Assembly (NCBI GenBank): GCA_044344255.1
Contig: JBIJDH010000017.1
Coordinates: 64,001-128,000, forward strand
Length of the DNA stretch: 64,000 nt
Origin: Myxococcota bacterium
Lineage (GTDB): Bacteria > Myxococcota_A > UBA796 > UBA2385
Reading direction: 5' to 3'
Shown here: piece by piece, positions 10,501 to 20,214 of the stretch
Numbering within the stretch: the stretch's first letter is position 1
How the letters are laid out: each line of letters starts with the position of its first letter
Position numbers and translations under genes: made by a program
The notes under the pieces: generated by a model
The model's input: the letters and a program-made list of their open reading frames with translations, nothing else
What the model was told of the DNA's origin: nothing
The model's database searches: none

Positions 10501-12334
10501 CGCTCGCCTCCAGCAGCCGAGCCCGGTCAACCTGCCGTCGGGTGCGGTCCGACGTCAACAGGGCACGGAAGAGCTCTCGGGCCAACGCCTCATCTCCAGG
10601 CTCGGGCAGCGCGGCGATGACCTCATCGGCGTGAGCGGCGAGGATGCCGGGTACGCCGCCCATGGCGTCCAGCGCCGCGCGGGGGAGCAGCCTTCGCCCG
10701 GCGTCCCGCCCCTCCCAGAGCTGGCTGGCGGCGAACTGGAGGAGCGGGAGCGGCGCCGCCTCGCTGGCGACAGACTCCACCATCTCGAGGGCGAGCCCCT
10801 CCTCGAAGTGGAAGCCCACTCGCGCCGCCGGGCCGGTGAGGGCCTCGACCAGCGCCGACTGTTCCGGCGGCGGCAGCACGAAGATCCCCGTCCCGCCTTC
10901 GCCTTCGGCGTCGAGCAGCGCCGCCATGCGAGACAGATAGTCCTCTCGCACCGTGAAGAGCAGGCGGATCGGCCCCTCTCGTGTGTCAGCGGCACCGCGC
11001 AGGGCGGTGATGAAGAGCGGCGCCTCGGCCGTGGCGTCGGCCTGGGTGAAGAGCTCCTCCGCCGCGTCCACCACGATGAGCTGCTGGTATCCGCCCTCCC
11101 GAGCGAGGCGACGGAGGCCCCGACCCAGGCGCCCCGGCGCCCGACCGAGGTCATCGGCCTCCGCGCCCGCCAGCGCAACCTGGAGGGCCTCGAGCGGTCC
11201 GCGCCCCGGCCGGAGGATCACGACCTTCCACGGCCCCTCTTGACGCAGCCGCGGGATGAGCCCAGCACCGACGAGGGAGGTCTTGCCGGCGCCCGACGGG
11301 CCGACCAGGAGGCAGCAGGGGTGGTCGAGGACGAGAGAGCGGAGGCGGGAGACCTCCCGGTCTCGGCCGTAAAAATCCAGCCGGTCCGCCTCCCGAAAGG
11401 GCTCGAGCCAGCGGTAGGGAGAGCCCTCGGGGGCCTCGGCGCCTCGCAGCCGGGCCAAGGCCCTCGACAGGAGCTCGAGGGCAGAGGCGGCCGTCGGTCG
11501 GCGGTCTCGCTCGATCTGCAAGGCTCCGTCAATGATCTCAACGAGCGGCGGCGGGAGGTCCGGGCGCCCGATCGTGACGGAGGGCAAGGGTGCCCAGGCG
11601 TCCGGGCCAAGCGTCGAGTCGGGAGCGGCCTCCGGGCGACGGGGCAGCGCCCCGGTGAGCATCCAGTACAGGGTGACGCCGAGCGCATAGACGTCCGTGC
11701 GACCGTCCTCCGTGCCACCGCTCCGCTGCTCGGGGGCCATGAAGCCGGGCGTGCCCGCGGCGCCGCTCCGGACCCCCGCCGCCGTGCGGGCGAGGCCGAA
11801 GTCGATGACCTTCACCCGCCCATCGTTCAGGCACCAGATGTTGGATGGTTTGAGGTCACGGTGGAGCACACCCGCGGCGTGGGCGGCCACGAGCGCCGCG
11901 CCGACCTTCAGGCCGACGTCGACCACCTCCTCCAGCGAAGGGGGAGCGCGCTCGGCGAGGGTCTGCCCGTTGAGGAGCTCCATCACGAGGTAGGGCCGAC
12001 CCCGCCAGTCGCCAGCGCGGAAGACCGTGACCACGTTCGGGTGGTCGATCTGCGCGGTGGCTTGCGCCTCCTGAGCGAAAGACTCCGCCCAGCCCTCGAC
12101 ATCGGTGATCTCGGGGGCCACCAGCTTCACCGCGACCATCCGCCCGAGGCGCAGATCGCGGACCCTGTAGACCCTCGCCATCCCGCCGCGGCCGATCGGG
12201 CCGACCACCTCGAGGTCTTCGGCGAGCAGCTCTCCGGCCGCGGGGAGGCCGGCCCCCGGCGAGACCGGCGGGGCGCCCCAACGCGGCGCCCGATCTGCCG
12301 GGTTGGGGAGGGTGGGGCTGTCGCCTGTCGCCAT
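7592..12334 (-). CDS. Ser/Thr protein kinase + nSTAND1-type NTPase + TM helix + WD40 repeats
   Basis: Kinase motifs GRGGMARVY, VAVK, HRDLKPSN, DFG, MAPEQ. NTPase PYRWLEPF...FYGRDRE, GPSGAGKTS, VVDAAEELFT, HEALVRVW. Hydrophobic helix, then GH...SxDGTxRxW WD40 repeats. Confidence 0.92.
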   Translation of the reverse strand: MATGDSPTLPNPADRAPRWGAPPVSPGAGLPAAGELLAEDLEVVGPIGRGGMARVYRVRDLRLGRMVAVKLVAPEITDVEGWAESFAQEAQATAQIDHPNVVTVFRAGDWRGRPYLVMELLNGQTLAERAPPSLEEVVDVGLKVGAALVAAHAAGVLHRDLKPSNIWCLNDGRVKVIDFGLARTAAGVRSGAAGTPGFMAPEQRSGGTEDGRTDVYALGVTLYWMLTGALPRRPEAAPDSTLGPDAWAPLPSVTIGRPDLPPPLVEIIDGALQIERDRRPTAASALELLSRALARLRGAEAPEGSPYRWLEPFREADRLDFYGRDREVSRLRSLVLDHPCCLLVGPSGAGKTSLVGAGLIPRLRQEGPWKVVILRPGRGPLEALQVALAGAEADDLGRAPGRLGRGLRRLAREGGYQQLIVVDAAEELFTQADATAEAPLFITALRGAADTREGPIRLLFTVREDYLSRMAALLDAEGEGGTGIFVLPPPEQSALVEALTGPAARVGFHFEEGLALEMVESVASEAAPLPLLQFAASQLWEGRDAGRRLLPRAALDAMGGVPGILAAHADEVIAALPEPGDEALARELFRALLTSDRTRRQVDRARLLEASGSPDSAGRVLDQLVAGRLLVARRVEGRAYVELSHEALVRVWGRLVSWIDQDRDQQVIRERIAAAARHWDDQGRPDGLLWRDEALHVAASTSRARGADPLLVAFITAGQALTERAGLRRRRVRLGVIAGALLLAALTTVGMIAYRARTEEAELAAAAAESARRETTARALALESSGALAWDNREALALALAAVEADRSPASLTALRESMAVPWVDRAMVGHEGLINGVAMRPGGGELATWGMDGTIRVWTEAGSSVAVLRGHAGAVFEVAYTSDGRRLVSNGADGTVRLWTIGDGSSAVLWASPSYVLRLSMMPGGASVFAVTESAWAEISLVGGPVLVHRPGGRVVEVSPDQQLIALSDDGGRVTVFGRGGSVIGRIQAAPRFVVDLEFSSDSKSLYTFGRMEGFVHRWSPEGRAMGLLAGHTGPVTLLRFAPGGRTFVTGAYDRTARIWQDGVATTALGDHLGRITDAAFSPDGHALVTASDDARVRLWTLSGDLLSTLAGHVGWVSQVVWSSDGESIFTAGQDGVLRRWRLDEASLVRLKDRRVEVALGRYLPGEGVRPSLEVDRRREEMWSPNGTTLGFSYPTERIVDRVLVTPDGRRALTLSGDRFARIWDTEQGALVATLVSNGGPFRDAAVGPGGPVFVTASADGRIERWTEEGRSLGATLVPEARRLFFDADGGLFVGAGDGRLHAYDAEGAPRWTAASAAAIGAIGRSGAGELWTGHEDGSVRSWTPSGVPAWASPPTGEPVGAIGGFGEGAFVTAAHSLRLLGLGGRLIRAQDGVSVRPASLALSDRGLLLVSGPTGEAELWRPDGTVSARLVGHEGALVDVQRSPDGAHVLTAGHEGVARLWGLDGEEIARYEIVGGLVTAARFTPDGRSLVLATGNNRLERFDLGGARQETLERTPGLVYALAWSPDGQRLLAWSDDAAVTVTELAPERILALARARLAASPDVSPNRGRVGVYGSLR

Positions 12335-12369
12335 CCCTGCGGTCGTATCCCATCGGCTATGGTGAGGCC

Positions 12370-13305
12370 GTGGGCGCCATTCGACCCCTCCCCGACTCCC
12401 TGCCCTTCTCGCTGCCCGGCGGGCCGCCTTTGTCGGGGCGTGTCCCGCTGCCTCGCCGCCTCCGGATCGGTCGCGCGGCGGACAGCGGCCTCGTCATCTC
12501 CCACAGCTCGGTCTCCCGCGATCACGCCCTGCTCGGCTGGACCGGCCTCGCCTGGGAGCTCCGAGACCTCGGCAGCCAGAACGGCACCACCGTCGACGGC
12601 CAGCAGCTCCCCGGCGGGGGGCGCGCAGAGCTCGGCCTGGGGAGCCTCGTCCAGCTCGGCGGGGTCGCCGCCTTCGAGCTCGTGGACACCCTCGGCCCCG
12701 CGCCCTTCGCTCGGAGCGCCGACGGCCGTGTCATCGAGGGCAGCCTCGACCTGCTGTGCCTCGGGGCCGAGGAGGCCAGCCAGGGGGAGGAGCCCGAGGC
12801 CGAGCGGTCCGTCTGGTTCAGCGCCAGCGGCGACTGGATCCTCGAAGAGCGCGGGCGCGTGCGCCCCATCGGAGACGGAGAGCGCCTCCACCACCAGGGG
12901 GCGCTCTGGACGCTGTCCCTACCCCCGCCCCAAGCGCTGGACGCGACCGATCGGGCTCCCGGCACCCTCCGGCCGCGCCTGCGCCTCCGGCTGGAGACCG
13001 GCACCCTCGACGTCGAGGGGCGGATCTTTCAGCGGGAGCAGGGTGGTGAGACCCAGGCCTGTCCGCTCACCCCCACCGAGGCGAGGCTGCTGCTCTACCT
13101 CTCCGAGCACCCGGGGCGCACGATCTCGCACCGCGAGCTGCTCTCAGCGGTGTGGGGTTACCGAGAGTCCATGGAGAGCCGAACCGTCTATGTCACCGTG
13201 AATCGGCTCCGACAGAAGGTCGAGCAGGACCCTGCTGCCCCTCGCCACTTGCTCGCGGTGGCCGGACAGGGCTATCGATTTGTCCCGCTCCCCCCGTCCA
13301 GCTGA
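12370..13305 (+). CDS. FHA domain + OmpR/PhoB winged-helix transcriptional regulator
   Basis: FHA motifs IGR...SVSRDHA...DLGSQNGT; C-terminal LTPTEARLL...ELLSAVWG...TVYVTVNRLRQKVE...GYRF. Start codon uncertain. Confidence 0.88.
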   Translation: MGAIRPLPDSLPFSLPGGPPLSGRVPLPRRLRIGRAADSGLVISHSSVSRDHALLGWTGLAWELRDLGSQNGTTVDGQQLPGGGRAELGLGSLVQLGGVAAFELVDTLGPAPFARSADGRVIEGSLDLLCLGAEEASQGEEPEAERSVWFSASGDWILEERGRVRPIGDGERLHHQGALWTLSLPPPQALDATDRAPGTLRPRLRLRLETGTLDVEGRIFQREQGGETQACPLTPTEARLLLYLSEHPGRTISHRELLSAVWGYRESMESRTVYVTVNRLRQKVEQDPAAPRHLLAVAGQGYRFVPLPPSS

Positions 13306-13333
13306 AACTCTGTCTACCGGTGGCCCACTCCTT

Positions 13334-16300
13334 TCAGAAGCGCCAGCGCCAATAGAGGGAGGCGTCCGACACGCCGGCGTCCCCGGTCACCATCTCCGCA
13401 TAGAGCCGGCGGGTGATCAGCCACTGGAGGTTCACCGAGAAACGGTTCTCCTCGGTGGTGGAGGTGGTCTCGGCGCTGGCCCGCCACTCGGCGCCGAGGA
13501 AGAGGCGATCGGCGCCCGGCACCGGCCAGCCCGCCTTGAAGGTGCCCTCATCGAACTCGAACTGACCGCCGCGCAGCGAGCTGCCGACCACGCGAGAGAG
13601 CTGGTTGCCCGCGAGCGAGAAGAGGGTGGTGAGCCCCACCTGGCTCTCGTTCTCGGTGAGGTCGGACAGGGGTTTGCCGAGGATGAGGATGGAGAGGATG
13701 TCGGCCTGCTCGAGGCCCTGGTCGCTGGTGAAGGAGAGGATGGGCTCGGCGTCCCCCGAGCTCCCCTGCATGCCGGCGCTCGTCAAATCGCCGAGGTACC
13801 CCTTCACCTGGGCTGAGATGTCGCCGTACTCGCCGGTGTGCCGCACCGCCGAGAAGTCGAAGGTGGCCTCATCCATGTCGTCGCCCACGAAGGACATCGA
13901 GCCGCCGCCCACCTCGAAGGCGCGGTTGAGGATGTTCATGTCGCCGCGACGCACCTCGACAGTGCCGTTGAGGCCGAAGTTGCCGTCCCGCAGCCAGACG
14001 TCGAGGGGCTCGGGGCTGTCCAGATCAACCTCGGCGGACACGGTTGAGACCTTGGCGAGCTGCCCCCCTTGGAGGGGGACGGTGACGTTGAAGTGCAGGG
14101 ACTGCTGCAGATCGACCTTGATCTCGACGTCGATGCCCGTCAGGCTGTCGGTCGGCGCGGGGGCTCGGTCGCCCACCTCCTCGCCGCCCTTCACGCGATG
14201 GATGCGGAGGGCGGGATCGACGCCGAGGGTCTGGTCGGCGAGGAAGAGGTCTTCGCCGAGGATGACCTTGCCCTGGACGAGATCGACGTCGCCCCGCAGG
14301 CGGAGCTCAGGGAGGTCGCCCGAGATCACGAGCTTGCTGTCGACCTGGATCTTCATGTCGTCGGTGTGCGTGAGCCAGAAGTCGTCGAGCTCGAGGTTGA
14401 CCTGGAGGCGCTTGGGATCGAGCTCGTCGAAGGTGAGGTCACCCGAGCCCTCGAGCGAGCCCTTCCCGGCGCCGAGCGCGCCGCCGTACATCGGGCCGTC
14501 TTGGATGAACAGGCGATGGAGCAGCAGGCGCTCCCCGGCGAGGCTGAGGTCGAGGTCGATGTCCTGGTAGCGGGTGCCGAGGGGGGCGTAGGAGAGCGCG
14601 CCGTCGCGCAGCTCGAGCTTGAGGGTGGGCGTGGGCTTCTGGAGCGAGCCCCGGAGGTTCCCCGCCACCTTGAGCCGGCCCTGGGTGTCGCTCACCCCAG
14701 GCACGAGGCCCTCGAGCAAGCGGAGCGGCAAGCCCCCACCGTGGAGCTCGAGGGCGAGGCCGGGGGTGGCCAGCATCGCCTCGGTGCTGAGGTCGGGGCG
14801 CAGATCGAAGGGGACGTGGCCGCTGACGGAGATGTCGCCCTGCTTCTTGAAGCCGAGCCGGAGGTCGAGCTCATAGCCGCCCGGCACGGGGCTGACGCCG
14901 AGCACGCCGAGGTCGATCGGCACGGTGCCCACGCTGCCGTCGAGCAGCATGAAGCCCCCCTCCAGCACCGGCGACTCGGCGCTGCCCTGCACGACCACGC
15001 CGCCTGCGAGGTGGCCCGACAGGCCCGAAGGGAGGTCGAGCCAGCGGGCGAGCTCCTCGACGGCGATGCCCTCGTTGACCGTGCTCATGCGCAGATCGAG
15101 GGAGGAGAGCCAGGTGGAGGGGGCGTCGAGCGGGGGCTCAGGAGCGCCGGCGAGGGCCCAGGCGAAGACCTGCCCGAGCCGGGTCTCGGCCTCCCCGGTG
15201 AGGGCGAAGCGGCGATTCCAGCGCTGCTCCACCGAGGCGTCGAGGTGCAGGTCCCCGCCGCGGCGGTTCACGCGGGCGTCCACCCGCACCCGGTCGCGGC
15301 CGTCGTCAAAGGGGAGCCGGGCCGCGGAGACGAGCTCGACGTCGGGGTCGCAGGCGGGGCCGGTGAGGTGGAGCTCCGCGCTCGCCTCCCCTTCGAGCTC
15401 AGGCAGCACGAGGAGGTGACGGTGCAGCCGCCCGAGCTCGCCGGGCGCGAGGAGCAGGCGCAGGTCGACCGCCTCCCCGCAGGCGAGCCCGGGAGCCTCG
15501 AGGTCGAGCGGCAGCCGCCCTTCGCCGACGAAGAGCAGCCCCTCCTCCGCCGAGACGCGGATCCCGAGCGTGGGCGACTCCACCGGTCCCTCGATCTCCA
15601 CGGCCACGTCGATGCCCTCGGCCACCTCGGGATAGCGGAGGCCGACCAAGGCGCCCGAGGCCTGGAGGGACCAGGCCCCTGCGGCGTCGGCGAGGAGGGT
15701 GGCGTCGATGTGGGTGAGGCCGTCGAGGCCGTCGATGGGCCCGGCCTCCCCCTCCTTCGGCGGCGCGATGAAGAACGGCGCCAGGCCCGCGACGAGGCCG
15801 AGGTCGAGCTCGTCCACGACGAGGTGGAGATCGGTGCCGGGGCGACCCCGGGGGAAGAGGGAGCCCTGCACGGAGAGGGCGCCGAGCGGGCCGGCGAGCC
15901 CGATCTCGATGTCCTGCACCCCTCCGTCGGCGAGGCGGAAGCGCCCCGGGCCGGGCGAGCGCATCGGCTGGGCGGGATCGAGGCCGAGCACGAGCCCGTC
16001 CACCTGCCAGGCGCCGCTGCCGAGGTCTCCGGTCACCGCGCCCTGGAGCACCGGCAGGCCGAGCCGCTGCAGATCGGCCTCGACGGCGATCTGGTCACCG
16101 TGCACGGAGGCGATGACCGGCCCGCCGTCCACCCGATAGCCGGTGGGGGTGTAGGTGATGCCGCGCACCCAGATGGGCTCGCTGTCGACCCTCAGCGCGC
16201 CCTGGGGGTCCAGGTTGGCGGCGACCACGCCCTCGACCGACTCGACCTCGACCACCCCGCCGCCGAGCCGCAGGCCGTCGGCGCGGAGGCTGAGCTGCCC

Positions 16301-17911
16301 CTCGCCGGCCCCGGAGCCCTGGGTCCAGCGCCCCTCAAAGCCGAGGTCAGCCTTCGTGACCTCGACCTGGTCGCCGTGCACCCCCTCGACGTCGAGGCGG
16401 ACGGCGCCGCTGACCCCGCGCGCGTCATAGCGGGCCTGGAGGGGGCCGGAGAGGCGGTCGACCCGGTAGCCGGAGTGGCCAACCCCTGCGCCGCTGAGCC
16501 GGCCCTCCACCTCCACCACCGGCGCCGATGCCCAGTCCGCCCCCACCAGCCCGGAGAAGTGGGCGCGCCCCTCCGCCCCGGTGAGGCCATAGGCCGACAG
16601 GGCGCCGAGGCGGGGGACATCAACGGCGGCCTGCACCGACGCCCGGCTGCGCTGGAGGTCGATGTCACCGCTGGCCTCCAGGTGGCCGAGGGGGTGCTCC
16701 GCTGCGATCCGCCGCACCTTGACCTGACCGGCCGCGAGCTCGGCCTCCACCTGGAGCCCCCGCAGCGCCTCCCCCGCGAAGCGCTGCTCACCGCCCTCCA
16801 CCGCCACCCGCGCGGTGATGCCCCCGGGCCAGTCGGTGCCCTCTCCCTCCACCGCGTATCGACCGGCGAGGTGGATGAGGGCGGGGCTCATCGGGCTCAG
16901 GCGCTCGACGTCGAGGCCCGGGCTGTCGAGCGCGAAGCGCCAGGCGAGGGGGCTCGCGGTGGTGTCGAGCCAGCCCTCGAGGTGAGCGCGGCCCGCCGCG
17001 TCGTCGAGGTCGAGCGCGAGCGACAGATCGGAGAGGCGGCCGCTCACCGTCCCGGTCGCGGCGAGATCGTGGTCGAGCACGGTCTCCCCGGCGAGGCGGT
17101 TGACGTCGGCTGCGGAGACCCGGTCGAAGCGGGCGCGGAGGTCGAGGGCGAGCTCGCGCTCCACCCCCGCTACCGAGCCCGAGAGCGAGGCGCGGGTCTC
17201 GTCTGCGGCGAGATCGAGGCGGCGGACCGTGAGGTCGCCCCCCTCATAGAGCAGATCGCCGTCGATGGAGAGGTCAAGGGCCTCCGGCGCCGCCATCGCA
17301 CCCTCCACGCGCAGCCGGGGCAGGTCGATCCGGGTCCCCTCCACCTCCCCGTTGGCCGCGAGCGCGAGGCCCAGCAGGTCAACCCGACTGCCATCCGCCT
17401 CGACGATGTGCAGCGCCCCGCCCTGCAGACGCAGCTCATCGACGAGGACGTGGAGCGGCAGGCCCGCCCAGGGGCCGGCGGCGGGATCGGGGGGCGTGGC
17501 GGGGCCGAAGAGGGCCACGAGATCGTAGCGCCCGTCGGCGCCAGCGCGCAGGTTCACGGTGGGCCGATCGACAAACAGCCCGGTGACCCGGACTCGCCGC
17601 TCGAGGAGGCCGTCGAGGTCCCAGCCGAGCTCGACGGCCTCGATGGTGACCAGCTCCTCTCCGCTGGCGCCGCGCAGGCGCAGGCCCCGGAGGGTGAGGC
17701 CGTGCAGGAGGTCGGTCTCGAGGCCCTGGAGCTCCACCACCCCGTCCGGCACGAGGATGGCAGCCTGCTTCAGAGCCTGCTGGCGGATGAACTCGTTCCC
17801 ACGCTCGGTACGGAGCCAGGCCACGAAGGCGACCCCACCGAGCAGGCCGGCGAGCCCCAAGCCCAGACCGCCGAGCCCGAGGCCCAGGAGCCAGCGGCGG
17901 GCCCGAGTCAA
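13334..17911 (-). CDS. tamB: Translocation and assembly module TamB-like protein
   Basis: N-terminal TM anchor, long beta-rich repeating body, TamB-like C-terminus ending LYWRWRF; TTG start overlaps the stop of the Omp85-family gene. Confidence 0.82.
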   Translation of the reverse strand: MTRARRWLLGLGLGGLGLGLAGLLGGVAFVAWLRTERGNEFIRQQALKQAAILVPDGVVELQGLETDLLHGLTLRGLRLRGASGEELVTIEAVELGWDLDGLLERRVRVTGLFVDRPTVNLRAGADGRYDLVALFGPATPPDPAAGPWAGLPLHVLVDELRLQGGALHIVEADGSRVDLLGLALAANGEVEGTRIDLPRLRVEGAMAAPEALDLSIDGDLLYEGGDLTVRRLDLAADETRASLSGSVAGVERELALDLRARFDRVSAADVNRLAGETVLDHDLAATGTVSGRLSDLSLALDLDDAAGRAHLEGWLDTTASPLAWRFALDSPGLDVERLSPMSPALIHLAGRYAVEGEGTDWPGGITARVAVEGGEQRFAGEALRGLQVEAELAAGQVKVRRIAAEHPLGHLEASGDIDLQRSRASVQAAVDVPRLGALSAYGLTGAEGRAHFSGLVGADWASAPVVEVEGRLSGAGVGHSGYRVDRLSGPLQARYDARGVSGAVRLDVEGVHGDQVEVTKADLGFEGRWTQGSGAGEGQLSLRADGLRLGGGVVEVESVEGVVAANLDPQGALRVDSEPIWVRGITYTPTGYRVDGGPVIASVHGDQIAVEADLQRLGLPVLQGAVTGDLGSGAWQVDGLVLGLDPAQPMRSPGPGRFRLADGGVQDIEIGLAGPLGALSVQGSLFPRGRPGTDLHLVVDELDLGLVAGLAPFFIAPPKEGEAGPIDGLDGLTHIDATLLADAAGAWSLQASGALVGLRYPEVAEGIDVAVEIEGPVESPTLGIRVSAEEGLLFVGEGRLPLDLEAPGLACGEAVDLRLLLAPGELGRLHRHLLVLPELEGEASAELHLTGPACDPDVELVSAARLPFDDGRDRVRVDARVNRRGGDLHLDASVEQRWNRRFALTGEAETRLGQVFAWALAGAPEPPLDAPSTWLSSLDLRMSTVNEGIAVEELARWLDLPSGLSGHLAGGVVVQGSAESPVLEGGFMLLDGSVGTVPIDLGVLGVSPVPGGYELDLRLGFKKQGDISVSGHVPFDLRPDLSTEAMLATPGLALELHGGGLPLRLLEGLVPGVSDTQGRLKVAGNLRGSLQKPTPTLKLELRDGALSYAPLGTRYQDIDLDLSLAGERLLLHRLFIQDGPMYGGALGAGKGSLEGSGDLTFDELDPKRLQVNLELDDFWLTHTDDMKIQVDSKLVISGDLPELRLRGDVDLVQGKVILGEDLFLADQTLGVDPALRIHRVKGGEEVGDRAPAPTDSLTGIDVEIKVDLQQSLHFNVTVPLQGGQLAKVSTVSAEVDLDSPEPLDVWLRDGNFGLNGTVEVRRGDMNILNRAFEVGGGSMSFVGDDMDEATFDFSAVRHTGEYGDISAQVKGYLGDLTSAGMQGSSGDAEPILSFTSDQGLEQADILSILILGKPLSDLTENESQVGLTTLFSLAGNQLSRVVGSSLRGGQFEFDEGTFKAGWPVPGADRLFLGAEWRASAETTSTTEENRFSVNLQWLITRRLYAEMVTGDAGVSDASLYWRWRF

Positions 17912-20148
17912 AAGGCCTCCGAGACAGAGAAGTGCACGCCGTACCGGGGCTCGAGGCTGAACATCGGCTCGTCGTCGAGGCGACGGGCGAGGTCGAGGCG
18001 CACCGGGCCGATCGGGCTCTTGTATCGGAGGCCCGCCCCCACGGAGGGGAGGAGCACGGGGGGCCAGGCGGCGGCGAGGTCTTCCCAGGCCATGCCCGCG
18101 TCGACGAAGAGGGCCCCCCCGAAGCCGCCCGCCCCGTAGAGCCGGAGCTCCGCGCTCGTGAAGAGCGAGGCGAGGCCGCCGATCGGCTGGATCTCCTCGG
18201 TGGGCTGCTCGGAGCCGAGGCGGCCGGGCGGGCAGGACTCGAGCGTGTAGGGCGATCCCTCCGGCAGGCCCACCTCTTCGAGGGCCGTGAGGTCGCAGAT
18301 GTAGGGCCCGAGGTGATCCTGGCGCCAGCCGCGCACGGTGGTCGAGCCGCCGAGGCGGAGGCGCTCTGCCACCGGCGCCGCCGCCGAGGCTCCTTCGCCG
18401 TAGGGCCGGAGCAGGCCGCCCCCGAGGCGGAAGGCGAGCGCGCCGCGGGAGGCGTTGAGCAGCCGGTTCAGGCCGGGGATTCGCACGAGGCTGAAGTAGA
18501 CCCGTTGATCGGCCCGAAAGCGAACGTAGTCGTAGAAGCCGCCGAAGGGCCCGCCGGCCTCGGAGACGTCGTAGATGCCGTAGAGGCCCGAGCGCGGCGA
18601 GAGGATGTCGTCGCGGGTGTCGTACTGGACGGACTGTGTCAGGTACGACAGGAGGTATGGGTCTCGAAAGTTAAGGTCAAAACGGCGGAGCGCCTTGCTC
18701 GGATCGATCGTGAGGTCGATGTAATCAAAGTAGACGAGGTGGTACGAAGAGCCCACCGTCCAGTGTTCGCCCAGGCGGCCGCTCAAGCCAGGCGACCAGG
18801 CGGGCGTGGAGAAGCGGTAGCCCTCCTCGACGCCGAGCTCATAGGAGACGGTGTTCGAGACCTGCCAACGCTTCCAGGGGATCCGCGGCACCACGAGCTC
18901 GACGCTGCTCATCACGGTGGGGCCGTGGGTGCTCGACGCGGCGTCCGCGGCGGGCTCGCTCGTCGCCACCTCCTCGACCACGCTCGTCAGGTCGGACAGG
19001 GTGGAGAGCGAGGTGTAGCCCACCTCATTCGACAGGTTCAACCGTACGAGGTGGTTGCCGACGTTGGCGTGGTCGAAGTCGACGGAGCCGTGCACGTCGA
19101 GCTTGCCAGGCGCCACCTCGAAGCCTCCGCCGAGGCGGAGCTGGCGAGCGAGGCCCTCGACGAGCACCACGCGCACGGGCACGATCTGGTGCAACACCAC
19201 AGGGCTGCCGTCGGGGCCGGGCTTCTTGGCGAAGACGGGCGTGGCGTTCTCGAGATCGGGGATCACCCGCACCACCGAGAAGACCCCGAGGCCGAAGAGG
19301 CGACGCTGGGTGCGGGCGAGGGCGCTCGTCTGGAAGATCTCCCCCTCAGGGACGTCGAGCTGATCGGTGACCAGCGCGACCGGGAGCCCGATGTCGCCCT
19401 CGACGCGGGCGGGCCCGAAGCGGCAGAAGTCCCCCCGCGTGACCTCGATGTGCACGTAGGCGGCATGCTCCTCGGGGAAGGACTCTACCGAGGCCGAGAC
19501 CTTGGCGAAGGCATACCCTCGGTCTTGGAGGGCCTCGGTGACGAGGGCCACCGTGGCGTTGACCGACTCGAGCTCCAGCCGCTCGCCCTCCTGCACCGGG
19601 ATCTCCCGCTGGAGCAGGCGGAGGAAGGCCGAGCTGCTGCCCTCCTCGGGGACCTCGGCCCCCGACGCGTCGAGCCAGCTGAAGCGGAGGCTGCGCACCA
19701 GGGTGGCCGGGCCGACGTCGAGGTGGCCGATCACCTGCACCGAAGGACGGGAGCTCAGGCCCAGCGCCCGACGCCCGCGCCCGACCCCGACCACCTCCCA
19801 GCCGAGGAAGCGGGCGTCGAGGTAGCCGCGGTGGGCGAGCCAGGTCTCGATGCGCCAGGCGTCTGCTTCGAGCTTGTCCTGGTCGAGGCTCACCTTTCTG
19901 TGACGGGGCCGCACCCAGGCGAAGGCGGGGTTCTGGGTCTGCTCCATCGCGGTGCGAAGGTTCACGTCGCTCGTGTCGGAGAAGAGGCCGCCGTCGCCCT
20001 CGAAGCGGATCGCCTGCACGGCGGGGAGCTGCGAGGGCGCCGGACGCCGGGCCGCGCAGCCGATCACCCACAGCGCGAGCAGCCCGCCGAGGCGGAGGCG
20101 CGACGGGAGGGCGGGCGGCGGCAGGGATGGAGAGGGGCGCGGCGGCAT
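17908..20148 (-). CDS. tamA: Omp85/BamA-TamA family outer membrane protein (possible lipoprotein)
   Basis: POTRA-like segments (LQDRGYAFAKV, RRLFGLGVFSVV), barrel motifs YDTRDD, GGSTTVRGW, GLRYKSPIGPVRLDLA, C-terminal Phe; coupled to tamB. Confidence 0.85.
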   Translation of the reverse strand: MPPRPSPSLPPPALPSRLRLGGLLALWVIGCAARRPAPSQLPAVQAIRFEGDGGLFSDTSDVNLRTAMEQTQNPAFAWVRPRHRKVSLDQDKLEADAWRIETWLAHRGYLDARFLGWEVVGVGRGRRALGLSSRPSVQVIGHLDVGPATLVRSLRFSWLDASGAEVPEEGSSSAFLRLLQREIPVQEGERLELESVNATVALVTEALQDRGYAFAKVSASVESFPEEHAAYVHIEVTRGDFCRFGPARVEGDIGLPVALVTDQLDVPEGEIFQTSALARTQRRLFGLGVFSVVRVIPDLENATPVFAKKPGPDGSPVVLHQIVPVRVVLVEGLARQLRLGGGFEVAPGKLDVHGSVDFDHANVGNHLVRLNLSNEVGYTSLSTLSDLTSVVEEVATSEPAADAASSTHGPTVMSSVELVVPRIPWKRWQVSNTVSYELGVEEGYRFSTPAWSPGLSGRLGEHWTVGSSYHLVYFDYIDLTIDPSKALRRFDLNFRDPYLLSYLTQSVQYDTRDDILSPRSGLYGIYDVSEAGGPFGGFYDYVRFRADQRVYFSLVRIPGLNRLLNASRGALAFRLGGGLLRPYGEGASAAAPVAERLRLGGSTTVRGWRQDHLGPYICDLTALEEVGLPEGSPYTLESCPPGRLGSEQPTEEIQPIGGLASLFTSAELRLYGAGGFGGALFVDAGMAWEDLAAAWPPVLLPSVGAGLRYKSPIGPVRLDLARRLDDEPMFSLEPRYGVHFSVSEAF

Positions 20149-20214
20149 TCGGTGCGAGCATGTATCGCCGATCTCACGCGGCGCCCTTGCCTCGACGTGT
20201 TCGGCTGCGGCGGC

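Noticed and set aside
14069..18139. 1356-aa + strand ORF, and similar long ORFs at 2798-5287, 10631-13201, 17932-20433, 42449-44938, 46667-48547 and 58123-61371
   Set aside because: Antisense shadows of well-supported genes; stop-poor high-GC DNA and no family motifs.
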